A stretch of 64,000 bases of DNA from an uncultured Acidobacteriaceae bacterium (GTDB lineage: Bacteria > Acidobacteriota > Terriglobia > Bryobacterales > Bryobacteraceae). The notes beneath the pieces were generated by a model, which was not told the origin of the DNA, ran no database searches, and saw nothing but the letters and a program-made list of their open reading frames with translations. Position numbers and translations under genes: made by a program. Of the stretch, positions 26,953-36,644 are shown piece after piece. The stretch spans positions 284,858 through 348,857 of the forward strand of contig CAVTRG010000002.1 of NCBI GenBank assembly GCA_963737045.1, given 5' to 3'. Positions within the stretch are counted from its first letter, which is position 1, and every line of letters begins with the position of its first letter.

Positions 26953-27957
26953 CTAAACCTGTTCCCAAGCTCCTGTTTGTCCGGAACGGAATACGGCGTC
27001 AATCACTCGCATATTTCCGAGTGCGTTTTCGAGGGGAACAGGCACCTCGCTCCCCTCCTGAATGGCTAGCGAGAAAAGATCGCCTTGGACAGTGTACTGA
27101 TCGCACGTTGCGAATTCCTCGATACGCGCGTTTTTCCCAGCAAGCTCTGATCCGTCGTCAATAAAGATGCGAGTCGGGCGGTCCGGCGGTATATTGTATG
27201 GAATCTCGATGTCGATTCGCCCGCGCGTCCCCATGATCTGCATGCGCTGATATGGCACCAGCTGCGTGCTGCATGTGAAGACTGCTTGCCCGGGAGCGAA
27301 GTCCAGAATGGCTGAAGTCAGGCGGTCGATCTTCATCTCGGGATCGCGCTCGATCAGGCTCGCGACGCGCGCCGGCTCACGCTCGAAGAGAAACCGCGAC
27401 ATGGTAACCGGATAGCAGCCTACGTCCATAAGGCCGCCGCCGCCAATTTCTGCGATATTTCTGATGTTGTTGGGATCGGAATTGAAGTAGCTGAACACGC
27501 TCATGATGGCGCGCAGCTCCCCGATCTCCCCGCTTCGGACGATTTCACGGGCGCGCAGCGACAGGGGATGCGTGCGCACCATGAACGCCTCGCCAATCTT
27601 GACGCCTGTCCTGTTCCGCGCCTGAATCAGGTTCTCTGCTTCTTTAGCCGAGAGCGCGATTGGCTTCTCACACAGGACGTGCTTGCCTGCTTCGGCCGCC
27701 TTTATGGACCACGGCACGTGCAAGTGATTCGGTAGCGGATTATAGATCGCTTCGATATCGCGGTCCGCCAGCAACTCCTCGTAGGAGCCGTACGCTTTGC
27801 GAATGTTCAGTTGTTCTGCCGCGCTGCGCGCTCGACCCAGATCTCGCGAGGAGATCGCAGCAATTTCCGAGTGCTCACTTCTCTGCATTGCCGGAATCAC
27901 CTTTTTCGTCGCGATCCCAGCGACTCCAAGCACTCCCCAGCGAACCTTGCTTGCCAT
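26953..27957 (-). CDS. Gfo/Idh/MocA family NAD(P)-dependent oxidoreductase
   Basis: N-terminal Rossmann motif VRWGVLGVAGIATKKVIPAM, and the EKP motif (VLCEKPIALS) characteristic of the family. Confidence 0.9.
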   Translation of the reverse strand: MASKVRWGVLGVAGIATKKVIPAMQRSEHSEIAAISSRDLGRARSAAEQLNIRKAYGSYEELLADRDIEAIYNPLPNHLHVPWSIKAAEAGKHVLCEKPIALSAKEAENLIQARNRTGVKIGEAFMVRTHPLSLRAREIVRSGEIGELRAIMSVFSYFNSDPNNIRNIAEIGGGGLMDVGCYPVTMSRFLFEREPARVASLIERDPEMKIDRLTSAILDFAPGQAVFTCSTQLVPYQRMQIMGTRGRIDIEIPYNIPPDRPTRIFIDDGSELAGKNARIEEFATCDQYTVQGDLFSLAIQEGSEVPVPLENALGNMRVIDAVFRSGQTGAWEQV

Positions 27958-28189
27958 GCACCCGAGTTTCGCATCTTTGTTCTTCCGCCGCTCCGGGGGT
28001 GTGCTTTTGACTGCCCTGATCCGTCTTCACAAAAGCTTTACATGACTACAACCATTTCAGAGTCGTAGGCCGAGCATCATGGGGGAGAAACGCCTAAAAT
28101 CGGGCAACTGAAAGCGCGTCTATTGCCTATGCGTACTGAGGTAAGAAGCCGCCGTGAACAAAGGATGCTAGTCCGTTAACTCTTACAAT

Positions 28190-28265
28190 GGCGCGGTAGC
28201 CAAGTCGGTAAGGCGGTGACATGCAGAGTCACATTCGGATGGTTCGACTCCACCCCGCGCCTCCA
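28190..28265 (+). tRNA. tRNA-Cys(GCA): tRNA-Cys (anticodon GCA), CCA encoded
   Basis: Folded by hand. Acceptor GGCGCGG/CCGCGCC (7 perfect pairs). Anticodon stem GTGAC/GTCAC with loop ATGCAGA (GCA at 34-36, T33, G37). T-arm GATGG-TTCGACT-CCACC (one A-C mismatch). Discriminator T73, the Cys identity base, then CCA. 76 nt with canonical numbering. Confidence 0.93.
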
Positions 28266-28375
28266 TCTTTCTCGCGGGGTGATTGCGGCGTTGATATCGG
28301 GCGTGGCAGCTATCGGAGGACCTTTTATTCGATGGGACTAGAAATCGCACTCCAAAGTACGAAAAAGGGAGCGGG

Positions 28376-29101
28376 TTGAAAAAGACTAAGAAAAGGGCAC
28401 TGTACGACGCTGTCTCACCGTTCACATTCCCTTTGCTGTCGAGAGCCTATAAGATGCGTGCATCTTGGCCCGCGCTCATCATCGAAGGCGTTGGGATCGC
28501 GGACCCCGCAATTCATAGACACTTTGCCACACTCTCACGCATCATTAACTCTGTCGAAGAATTTCGGGGGGCCGTTGCGGAGTGCGGAGTGTATCGCGGG
28601 AACAGCCTGTTTGGCATAGCGCACCGGCTCCGAATTATGGAGAAAGAAGCAGTTCCGGTATTCGGATTCGATTCCTTTGAGGGCTTTCCTCAACCCACTG
28701 ATGAAGATAGAATAAACGGCAAATATCCGCTCCACGCTCTGAAAGAGACGTTCGGCGATACCGATTACGAAACGATCAGCCTAAGAGCGCGATCATTAGG
28801 CTACAGCAATATTAGGCTCGTCAAAGGCTATTTCGAAAACACGCTGCACCGATTCTCGGATTTCCGCTTCCAAATTGTCCATCTCGATGTAGGACTTTAT
28901 CAGAGTTACAAGACTTGCTTGGAATTTTTCTATCCCCGTTTGGTGACGGGCGGATACATCATTTTTGATGAATACGACTGTGATGAAAAGTATCCGGGTG
29001 CTCGAAAGGCAATAGATTTGTTTCTAGCCGATAAACCGGAGAAACTCGAGTGCTTTCCAGACCTGAAGCCGGACAAAAGGTATTTCATCCAAAAAAACTG
29101 A
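28376..29101 (+). CDS. class I SAM-dependent methyltransferase, TylF/MycF (macrocin O-methyltransferase)-like
   Basis: TTG start behind GGGAG. The block GAVAECGVYRGNSLFGIA...VFGFDSFEGFP...HLDVGLYQSY...GGYIIFDEYD resembles the TylF family. Looks more AT-rich than its neighbours by eye. Confidence 0.7.
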   Translation: MKKTKKRALYDAVSPFTFPLLSRAYKMRASWPALIIEGVGIADPAIHRHFATLSRIINSVEEFRGAVAECGVYRGNSLFGIAHRLRIMEKEAVPVFGFDSFEGFPQPTDEDRINGKYPLHALKETFGDTDYETISLRARSLGYSNIRLVKGYFENTLHRFSDFRFQIVHLDVGLYQSYKTCLEFFYPRLVTGGYIIFDEYDCDEKYPGARKAIDLFLADKPEKLECFPDLKPDKRYFIQKN

Positions 29102-29238
29102 AATAGACGAACGCGTCATAGCGCGGTTCGCCGAGCGCACTCCAGCGAGATTTCTCCAGGATCTTCCAGGGCCTCACTCACTGCTTCTTGGGTGTCCTCA
29201 GTGTGATTGACAAGAGTTCCCTCTTGCAGTACCGTGTT

Positions 29239-29258
29239 GTATACGACGCGTCGTATAC
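29239..29258 (+). promoter_or_regulatory. perfect 20-bp palindrome, candidate MarR operator upstream of the ICMT-MarR pair
   Basis: GTATACGACG|CGTCGTATAC is self-complementary. GTATACGACG also recurs as a direct repeat at 29253-29262. The palindrome ends 37 nt upstream of the ATG at 29295. Confidence 0.4.
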
Positions 29259-29294
29259 GACGTAATTGACCAAATTCGGTAAGGGGAATTCGAC

Positions 29295-29867
29295 ATGCAT
29301 TTCGATTGTTCCAAACTAACGAACTCGGTTTGGATTCTGGTTGGGATCTACTGGATTTACACCTCGATAGGTGTCAAGCCCGTCGTGCGTCGGGAGCACT
29401 CCACTTCAAGGGCCTGGCATCTGCTGATTATGCTGATCGCGTGTTTCTTGCTGTTCAGCTCTCAGACCTCATTCGGTCCGTTAGCGATTCGCCTAGTATC
29501 TGAGGCTTCTTGGATTTGCTGGACAGGGCTCGTCTTAACAGCGGCTGGGTGCAGTTTTGCTGTCTGGGCGCGTGCACTTCTGGGGCGTAACTGGAGTGCA
29601 GCCGTGACTCTGAAGGAAGACCACGAGCTGGTCCGTGGCGGTCCTTACGCAATTGTGCGCCATCCTATTTATACAGGTCTTCTAACAGCCGTTCTCGGCA
29701 CTGCGCTCGAAGTCGGAGAAATGCGGGCTTTAATCGCTCTAATAGTCGCTTTCTTTGGCTTCCTGCAGAAGGCCCGGCGCGAGGAAAAGTTTTTACTTGA
29801 CCGATTTAATGGCGCCTATGTTCAATACAGCCGTTCGGTCAAGCGTTTGATACCTTTCCTTTTATGA
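29295..29867 (+). CDS. isoprenylcysteine carboxyl methyltransferase (ICMT)/PEMT family membrane methyltransferase
   Basis: Multi-TM protein with the family block LVRGGPYAIVRHPIYTGLL and C-terminal REEKFL. Confidence 0.8.
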   Translation: MHFDCSKLTNSVWILVGIYWIYTSIGVKPVVRREHSTSRAWHLLIMLIACFLLFSSQTSFGPLAIRLVSEASWICWTGLVLTAAGCSFAVWARALLGRNWSAAVTLKEDHELVRGGPYAIVRHPIYTGLLTAVLGTALEVGEMRALIALIVAFFGFLQKARREEKFLLDRFNGAYVQYSRSVKRLIPFLL

Positions 29868-29872
29868 AGTAA

Positions 29873-30322
29873 ATGCCGAAACAGAAGCTTACTGATCTCG
29901 CGCAGGACATCGACCGTCATTTACAGGCAATTCGCGGGATCACTCGCCGCGCGCTGCAGGCTGAAATCGCCCGTGGAAATCTCACCGGTCCGCAGCAAAG
30001 CGCGATGTCCGCCCTCGTCAGCGCCGGTCCCATGAGCCTTAAGGAATTAAGCAGGCAGCTCGGATTAGCCCACAGCACGACGTCCGGCATCGTCGACCGC
30101 CTCGAGAAACGCGGTATGGTCGAGCGAGAGAGCGATGAGGCCGACCGCCGCCTCACGCGTATAGCTGTCACTCGAGAGGTCCAGGAGTTTGTTAGGGATA
30201 CAATGCCGAAGCTCGGTATTCATCCTTTATTGACGGCCTTGCACCGAGCCAAACCAGCGCAACGCGACGCCATTCTTGAGGGTCTGAAGACTCTTAAGAA
30301 ACTGTTGGAGGAGACTGCCTAA
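29873..30322 (+). CDS. MarR family transcriptional regulator
   Basis: Starts 5 nt after the ICMT stop. Winged-helix block LTGPQQSAMSALVSAGPMSLKELSRQLGLAHSTTSGIVDRLEKRGMVERESDEADRRLTRI. Confidence 0.9.
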   Translation: MPKQKLTDLAQDIDRHLQAIRGITRRALQAEIARGNLTGPQQSAMSALVSAGPMSLKELSRQLGLAHSTTSGIVDRLEKRGMVERESDEADRRLTRIAVTREVQEFVRDTMPKLGIHPLLTALHRAKPAQRDAILEGLKTLKKLLEETA

Positions 30323-30360
30323 AGCTGAGTTTTTAAGGCTTAAGTAAGGTTCCAGGTAAA

Positions 30361-30921
30361 GTGAAATGCGTGAAACTCTACGACATCGATCCGGGCTCCG
30401 AATGCCCGGAGGTTGTTCGTGCAATCATCGAGATTCCAAAGAACTCAGTCAACAAATACGAATACGACGGCAAGCTAGGCGTCTTTCGGCTCGATCGCGC
30501 CCTCTATTCGCCGATGCACTACCCGGGCGATTACGGTTTCATTCCCGGCACGCTGTCCGAGGATGGTGATCCGCTGGATGTGATCGTGGTGGTCGATGAG
30601 CCGAGCTTTACAGGATGCTTAATGGACGTGCGCCCCGTGGGTATTCTGCACATGATCGATGAGAAGGAAAAAGATCAGAAGATCTTGGCGGTGCCGAACC
30701 GCAATCCGCGATTCGACAGCATTCACACAATTGATCAGGTATTCCCGCATTCCCTCAAGGAGATCGAATACTTCTTCTCGATCTACAAAGAGCTACAAGG
30801 CGTCAAGACTCAAATGAAAGGCTGGGGCAACCCGCGCGAGGCCCGAAAAATGATTACCGAGAGCCGCGAGCGATATCTGGAGCGATTAAAGAAAAGTAAC
30901 TTGGAACCAAGTTCGCACTAA
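30361..30921 (+). CDS. ppa: inorganic pyrophosphatase (family I)
   Basis: Blocks IIEIPKNSVNKYEYD, YPGDYGFIPGTLSEDGDPLDVIVV and DEKEKDQKILAV. GTG start, exact start uncertain. Confidence 0.9.
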   Translation: MKCVKLYDIDPGSECPEVVRAIIEIPKNSVNKYEYDGKLGVFRLDRALYSPMHYPGDYGFIPGTLSEDGDPLDVIVVVDEPSFTGCLMDVRPVGILHMIDEKEKDQKILAVPNRNPRFDSIHTIDQVFPHSLKEIEYFFSIYKELQGVKTQMKGWGNPREARKMITESRERYLERLKKSNLEPSSH

Positions 30922-30970
30922 GCATTGCCTTTGCTGAAACGGAAGACGTTACTTCACCCGTCGAAATGGC

Positions 30971-31582
30971 ATGAGGAAATTTATAGTTCTTGCTTTCTTT
31001 GCGCCGCTTTGTTTTGCGCAAAGCCCTTTTATCATTGGCGTTCGCGGTGGGGTCCCGCTGGGAGACGTCATTCAAACCGTTCAAAGCGGCTCGAGCATTT
31101 CTTCGTCTACCGATAACTATGTTGTAGGGCCGACGTTTGGTGTCAGGCTTCCTGCTGGATTCTCAGTTACAGGCGACGCCTTATTTACTCGCCTGAATCT
31201 CTCTACAACCTCAACAACTTCCACGGGTACGATCTCAGCATCCGCAAGTTCCTGGGAATTTCCCGTTTTGCTGCGCTTTACCGTTCCACGAGAAAAGATC
31301 TCCCCATTTGTAGGGGCTGGTGTTTCTGTTCGCCATATCAGCGACTTCGGCAACATCGGACCTTTCCTGACAAATTCATCGACCAGTACTGGAAGCGTTG
31401 CATCATCCGCAGTTGCGGGATTCGTGATGGGTGGCGGACTTCAATTCCATGCAGGCTTTCTGCACATTAGCCCCGAAATCAGATACACACATTGGGGCGA
31501 TACCAACATCTCGGCAGCTTTCCAGAACGTGATCAAGACAAACGACAATGAAGGTCAGATTCTAGTCGGTCTTACGTTCTGA
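30971..31582 (+). CDS. small outer-membrane beta-barrel protein (OmpW/OmpA-N-like)
   Basis: Signal peptide MRKFIVLAFFAPLCFAQ. Alternating hydrophobic beta-strand pattern. C-terminal ...ILVGLTF ends in an aromatic residue, as in OM barrels. Confidence 0.7.
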   Translation: MRKFIVLAFFAPLCFAQSPFIIGVRGGVPLGDVIQTVQSGSSISSSTDNYVVGPTFGVRLPAGFSVTGDALFTRLNLSTTSTTSTGTISASASSWEFPVLLRFTVPREKISPFVGAGVSVRHISDFGNIGPFLTNSSTSTGSVASSAVAGFVMGGGLQFHAGFLHISPEIRYTHWGDTNISAAFQNVIKTNDNEGQILVGLTF

Positions 31583-31846
31583 TCGATCCGTGGACAATCG
31601 TGAACAGGCTTATTCGAGATTCTCAATGAGCATGTGAAGTCGTTGAGTTCGGGGGAGAGCCCCTGCCTCGTGCTAACAATTGCGCAACATGCCCCATCTT
31701 CCGCATATGCTGGCGCACTTGCAACATGGCATTCCTGCCTGAGCAGGCCGAGCAAATGCGCCAGGAGCTGTCCCGGTGCGGGATCCAAGAAGAGCGGTGT
31801 CCAGGCAAACACGAACAAAATCCGGGGATCCTGCGTCTCTCGTTCA

Positions 31847-34276
31847 ATGGGCTCGATGTTCACGGAATTGAGGTACGCAGTTCGCCTTCTAAGGCAAAGT
31901 CCCGTTTTTAGCACATTCGCTGTGTTGTCGCGGGCGTTAGGCTTGGCGGCGAACATCGCCATATTCTCTGTCGTAAACGGTATTTTGCTGAAGCCTCTGC
32001 CGTTTGCCAGCCAGGAACGGCTCTTCGGAATTGTCGAGATTGTGCCTAAGATCGCGAATCTCTATCCGATGCTGCCGGTCAATCCGCGCCATGAGGATGA
32101 ATGGAAGAAGAGGGTGCCGGGCATCGAAAAGGTCGGCTTGGCCCAGGGAAAGCACGTGATTTTGGGCGGGGGTTCGCAGCCGCTCCGGCTTGCTTCCGAA
32201 GCCGTTACGCCGGATCTGCTCGCAACGCTCCAGGTTCAGCCCTTGATGGGCCGGCTGATTCAGCCTTTCGACGCCGAGGAGGGCCATGAACACGTCGCGC
32301 TGCTGACGTATTCGTTGTGGCAGGGCCAGCTCGGAGGCGATCCAAAGATTATAGGTTGCGATGTTCGTCTGGACGGAACTCCGTACCGGGTCATCGGTGT
32401 TTTACCGCGGTGGTTTCGTTTTCCGTTAACCGGTTCGCTGTTTGACAATGACTCGCAGCCGGAGCTTCTTACTCCTCTGCCACTTCGTCTTTCACAGCAT
32501 AGCTGGGAGGGGGATTTCAACTATTCCGCAATCGCTCGCCTGAAGCCCGGTGTCCGGCGCGAGCAGGCGTTGGCCATGCTCAACACTGCCCAAGCGGCGA
32601 TTTCTAAAACGTTCCCCGACAAAATGGAGATCCGCGCAGATTTGTTCCCGCTGAACGATCTTGCCGTCCATAGCTCGCGAACGTCGCTGCTTTTGGTACT
32701 GGGGGCTGTCGGTGCGGTCTTGCTGATTGTGTGCTTGAACCTGGCCACGCTGATGCTGGCTCGCGGAGCGCTTAGGAATCGCGAGATTGCCGTCAGGACC
32801 GCTCTCGGAGCCGGCAGGTGGAGACTGATCCGCGAGTCCTTCATGGAGGCAGTCGTGCTTTCAGCGATCGGAGGGACTGTCGGCGTCTTACTCGCGAAGG
32901 CTGGCTTGAAGCTGATTCTTGCTGCGGCTCCGGTGATACTTCCGAGAAGAGACCAGGTGGGAATTGATCTCAATGTTCTGCTCTTTGCGTTGGGATTGAC
33001 CCTCGTTACTGCTCTGGTGTTCGGCTTGTATCCTGCCTGGCGGCAATCGCGGCGGGACCCACAGGAGGCACTCGCAGCATGGAGCCGCTCGAGCACTGGA
33101 TCTAAAACCAGCACGCGAAGCCGAAGCATTCTGGTTGCCGTGGAAGTAGGGTTAAGCACGGTGCTGCTGATGGTCGGCGGCCTGCTGATCGCAAGTTTTG
33201 AACGGGTGTTGAACACAGACCTCGGTTTTGAGATTTCAAATCACGTGTCGGCGCAGCTAAGCCTCCCGGATGCAAGCTACAGTAAACACGAAAACGCGGT
33301 TGCGTTCTATGACAAGCTGCTCGATAAACTATCGAGTCAGCCAGGGATTCGTAAAGCAGCGCTCGTTTCGCATTTGCCGCTTAGCGGCGAGACATGGATT
33401 GATGTGATGGCCCGGCAGGGAGACACACGTCCGATGTTTCAGAGGCCCACGACCAATGTGCGCTTCATCAGTGGATCCTATTTCGAAGCCATGGGAATTC
33501 CGTTACGGGGCGGGAGAACATTCACGCGGGCGGACAAGAAAAATAGCGTTGCGATTATCAGCAACACGGTCGCAAAGGGCCTATGGCGAGCGGAGGACCC
33601 GGTCGGGCGAACACTGCTGCTTCAGGACACGCCTTTACACGTGATCGGGGTAGCCGGAGACACACACGCCGACATCGATAAGAGTGCTCCATCGGTCGTG
33701 TATGTTCCGTATTGGCAAAAGGAACCAGCGGACACGCGGGACTTGAACGTCGTTTTGCGCTCGTCCGTTCCTGCAGCCGATCTGGTCAGGATTCTTCGGC
33801 AGAGCGTAGCAAAGGTCGATAGAGGCGTTGCGATTTCCCATGTAGAGACCTTCCGTAAAGTGCTTTCCGATGCCGTTTCGCAGCGCCGTTTCCAAATGCT
33901 GATGGTAGGTGCATTTGCAATCTCGGCGCTGCTGGTCGCGGCACTTGGAATTTTCGCCGTTATCGCAGAAATGGTTTCGGCTAGAAGAAACGAGATCGGC
34001 ATCCGCATGGCTTTGGGCGCAAGTACGGCGGGTGTGGTCGGAATGGTAATACGCCAAGGAATGCTGCCGGTACTCGTGGGCTTATGTTCCGGCGTTCTGG
34101 TTACGCTTGGGTTTGGATCGGCTATCGGAAAGCTGCTCTATCAAGTACGTCCTGCCGATCCCTTCACCTTCGCCGCGGTCACGCTGTTACTCAGTGGTGT
34201 CGCGGTGTTCGCTTGTTGGATTCCTGCACGGCGGGCGGCGCGCATCGATCCTATGGCGGCCCTGCGATATGAATAG
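31847..34276 (+). CDS. ADOP-type duplicated ABC transporter permease (MacB/FtsX-like), no adjacent PadR
   Basis: Start moved to the ATG at 31847 (MGSMFTELRYAVRLLRQSPVFSTFAVLSRALGLAANIAIFSV), matching the family N-terminus. Two FtsX modules. C-terminus ARRAARIDPMAALRYE. Confidence 0.9.
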   Translation: MGSMFTELRYAVRLLRQSPVFSTFAVLSRALGLAANIAIFSVVNGILLKPLPFASQERLFGIVEIVPKIANLYPMLPVNPRHEDEWKKRVPGIEKVGLAQGKHVILGGGSQPLRLASEAVTPDLLATLQVQPLMGRLIQPFDAEEGHEHVALLTYSLWQGQLGGDPKIIGCDVRLDGTPYRVIGVLPRWFRFPLTGSLFDNDSQPELLTPLPLRLSQHSWEGDFNYSAIARLKPGVRREQALAMLNTAQAAISKTFPDKMEIRADLFPLNDLAVHSSRTSLLLVLGAVGAVLLIVCLNLATLMLARGALRNREIAVRTALGAGRWRLIRESFMEAVVLSAIGGTVGVLLAKAGLKLILAAAPVILPRRDQVGIDLNVLLFALGLTLVTALVFGLYPAWRQSRRDPQEALAAWSRSSTGSKTSTRSRSILVAVEVGLSTVLLMVGGLLIASFERVLNTDLGFEISNHVSAQLSLPDASYSKHENAVAFYDKLLDKLSSQPGIRKAALVSHLPLSGETWIDVMARQGDTRPMFQRPTTNVRFISGSYFEAMGIPLRGGRTFTRADKKNSVAIISNTVAKGLWRAEDPVGRTLLLQDTPLHVIGVAGDTHADIDKSAPSVVYVPYWQKEPADTRDLNVVLRSSVPAADLVRILRQSVAKVDRGVAISHVETFRKVLSDAVSQRRFQMLMVGAFAISALLVAALGIFAVIAEMVSARRNEIGIRMALGASTAGVVGMVIRQGMLPVLVGLCSGVLVTLGFGSAIGKLLYQVRPADPFTFAAVTLLLSGVAVFACWIPARRAARIDPMAALRYE

Positions 34277-34381
34277 CGGGCGTAGGCCGCGGGCCCTGCG
34301 AGCTGGATACCTGAGGCTTACCCTCGCCGATTTAGGCACCCAGTTGGGCACTCAGAAAATGCATCAACGTTGCGAGCCCGA

Positions 34382-35164
34382 TTAGACGAAGCTGTCGCCC
34401 CCGCCTCCATCGCCGAAGCCGCCACCATCATCCAATCCGCCCCCGGAATCACCGTAATCACCCACGTCCTGGTACTGGCCCGGATCGTCCAACTGGGATG
34501 AATCGTCGACCCCGCTCACGTCCTGAACATTGCTTTGATCATCGAAATTCGATCGGTCATCAGGAGCGTATACGTCATCTCGCCCCAGTTGATCGTTCCC
34601 GCCGGGCGTGTCGTAGTAGTTGTTGATAATCTCTTCGCGCGGAGTATCGCCCATAAATCCTGCGCCCCCGAAACCTCCGAAGCCCGCGCCTCCATAGCCA
34701 GGATGCGAGAACAGTGCCTGAATGCCTTCGAACGCGAGAGCACCGGCGGCTACTCCCGCGGCTGTTTGAGCAGCTCCACGCAAGAAGCTGGGAGCGCCGC
34801 TTGGACTCGGCCCTGCCGGACTAGGCGGGGCATATTGCGGCGGTGGCGCGGCGTACTGCTGCCCACCTGAAGGCGCAGAGTACCCGGTGCTAGGGCGTCC
34901 ACCGCTCTGCTGTCCCAGGAAACTGGAACCGGACGAGGCTATGGCGGGCTGCGCTGAACGCTGTAACTGCTGGATTTGCGCCTGGGCTTGCTGTAGCGCC
35001 AGGTTCTGTATCAGCACCGTTTGGGTCATCAGATACAGAGCATCTGGGCGCGATCCGATTCGCTTGCGGATGAAGTCCTCTGCTTCCGCATCTTTAGGCG
35101 GCGGTGGCGTCTTCGCGATCCGATCCGCCAGGTCTTCCAACATCTTGCGTTCGTCGGGTGTCAT
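34382..35164 (-). CDS. DUF2076-like protein with a Gly/Asp-rich tail
   Basis: The N-terminus MTPDERKMLEDLADRIAKTPPPPKDAEAEDFIRKRIGSRPDALYLMTQTVLIQNLALQQAQAQIQQLQ matches my recollection of DUF2076. A low-complexity Gly/Pro/Asp region follows. Confidence 0.7.
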   Translation of the reverse strand: MTPDERKMLEDLADRIAKTPPPPKDAEAEDFIRKRIGSRPDALYLMTQTVLIQNLALQQAQAQIQQLQRSAQPAIASSGSSFLGQQSGGRPSTGYSAPSGGQQYAAPPPQYAPPSPAGPSPSGAPSFLRGAAQTAAGVAAGALAFEGIQALFSHPGYGGAGFGGFGGAGFMGDTPREEIINNYYDTPGGNDQLGRDDVYAPDDRSNFDDQSNVQDVSGVDDSSQLDDPGQYQDVGDYGDSGGGLDDGGGFGDGGGGDSFV

Positions 35165-35328
35165 AGTTATGTCGATCCTTCAACTGGAGACGTCTAAAGA
35201 GACGCGATAGTTTGCCGGTTTGTTCATTAAAGGAATGTTGCAACGGACTCTACCTTCATGACAGTGTAAGAGTGAAGGTCCGGTAAGCTGCCGATCCGGC
35301 ACACCGAAACCTTACGAGGAGGCTTTCC

Positions 35329-36603
35329 ATGCTGTTGGAAGCGACCCTGTCCGTCGACCAGGAAATCAACCCGTGGCAATCTGCCGCCCATCGCTTTGAC
35401 GAAGCCGCGGAGCTCTTAAAGCTCGATGACGGCATGCGTAAAGTGCTGCGCACACCCGCCATGGAGCTGACGGTTAACTTTCCTGTGATGCTCGATGACG
35501 GTCGCGTTGAGGTTTTCACCGGATATCGCGTGCAGCATTCAATCGCCAGAGGACCCGCCAAAGGGGGAATCCGCTACGCGCCCGATGTTTCAGCGGATGA
35601 GGTCCGGGCATTGGCCGCGTGGATGACTTGGAAGTGCGCTGTTGTGAACATTCCGTTCGGGGGCGGCAAAGGCGGGATTATTTGCGAGCCGCATCTGCTG
35701 AGCGAAGCGGAGCTCGAGCGGATCACGCGCCGCTATACCGCTGAAATATTCGAGTTCATTGGACCTGAGCGCGACGTGCCCGCGCCAGACGTGAATACAA
35801 ACGAGCAGACGATGGCCTGGATCATGGACACCTACTCCATGCATAAGCGACACACGGTCACCGCAGTAGTCACGGGCAAGCCGTTGGAATTGGGCGGCTC
35901 ACAAGGCCGGCCCGAGGCGACCGGCCGGGGTTGCATGTTCGTCACCATGGAGGCTTTGAAACTCTTCCGCATTTCGCCGCAGGACACCCGCGTCATCATT
36001 CAGGGCTTTGGCAATGTAGGGGGCATGGCAGCGCGGCTGATGAGCCGCCGGGGTTTCAAAATCGTCACGATTATCGAGTACGATGCCGCTGTTTACAACC
36101 CACACGGGCTGGACATTGACGCGCTTATGGAGCACCGCCGCGAAACCGGATCCATCAGAGGGTTTCCCGAATCGGAAGAAGTCGACCGCTACGACGCGCT
36201 CTTGATGGATTGCGATGTTCTCATTCCGGCCGCGCGCGAAAACGTGATTACGTCCGCCAACGCCGACCGTATTAAAGCTAAGATTCTCTGCGAAGGAGCT
36301 AATGGCCCAACCACTTTTGTGGCTGACTCAGTGCTTCGTGAAAAGAAAGTTTTTGTCATACCCGACATCCTGGCCAACGCCGGCGGCGTGACCGTCTCCT
36401 ACTTCGAATGGGTGCAGGATCGGCAAGGCTATTTTTGGAATGAACTTCAAGTAAATAAGCGGCTTGAAGAGATCATGATGACCAGCTTCCACGACGTGAT
36501 CGCATATGCTTCGAAACACGAAGTGAATAATCGCACTGCCGCATACATGCTGGCGCTCGATCGCGTTGCGAACGCGATCCGGCTGCGTGGGCTGTACGCG
36601 TAG
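35329..36603 (+). CDS. gdhA: NAD(P)-dependent glutamate dehydrogenase (Glu/Leu/Phe/Val dehydrogenase family)
   Basis: Catalytic Lys block [17 protein letters not shown], and dinucleotide fold [18 protein letters not shown] ribosome-binding site upstream. Confidence 0.93.
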   Translation: MLLEATLSVDQEINPWQSAAHRFDEAAELLKLDDGMRKVLRTPAMELTVNFPVMLDDGRVEVFTGYRVQHSIARGPAKGGIRYAPDVSADEVRALAAWMTWKCAVVNIPFGGGKGGIICEPHLLSEAELERITRRYTAEIFEFIGPERDVPAPDVNTNEQTMAWIMDTYSMHKRHTVTAVVTGKPLELGGSQGRPEATGRGCMFVTMEALKLFRISPQDTRVIIQGFGNVGGMAARLMSRRGFKIVTIIEYDAAVYNPHGLDIDALMEHRRETGSIRGFPESEEVDRYDALLMDCDVLIPAARENVITSANADRIKAKILCEGANGPTTFVADSVLREKKVFVIPDILANAGGVTVSYFEWVQDRQGYFWNELQVNKRLEEIMMTSFHDVIAYASKHEVNNRTAAYMLALDRVANAIRLRGLYA

Positions 36604-36644
36604 GTCTCAATTGGCGATTCCTGGCTCTGCTCGGGGCTTTTGAG

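Noticed and set aside
28183-28425. An 80-aa minus-strand ORF.
   Set aside because: It overlaps the canonical tRNA-Cys gene and the start of the methyltransferase gene.
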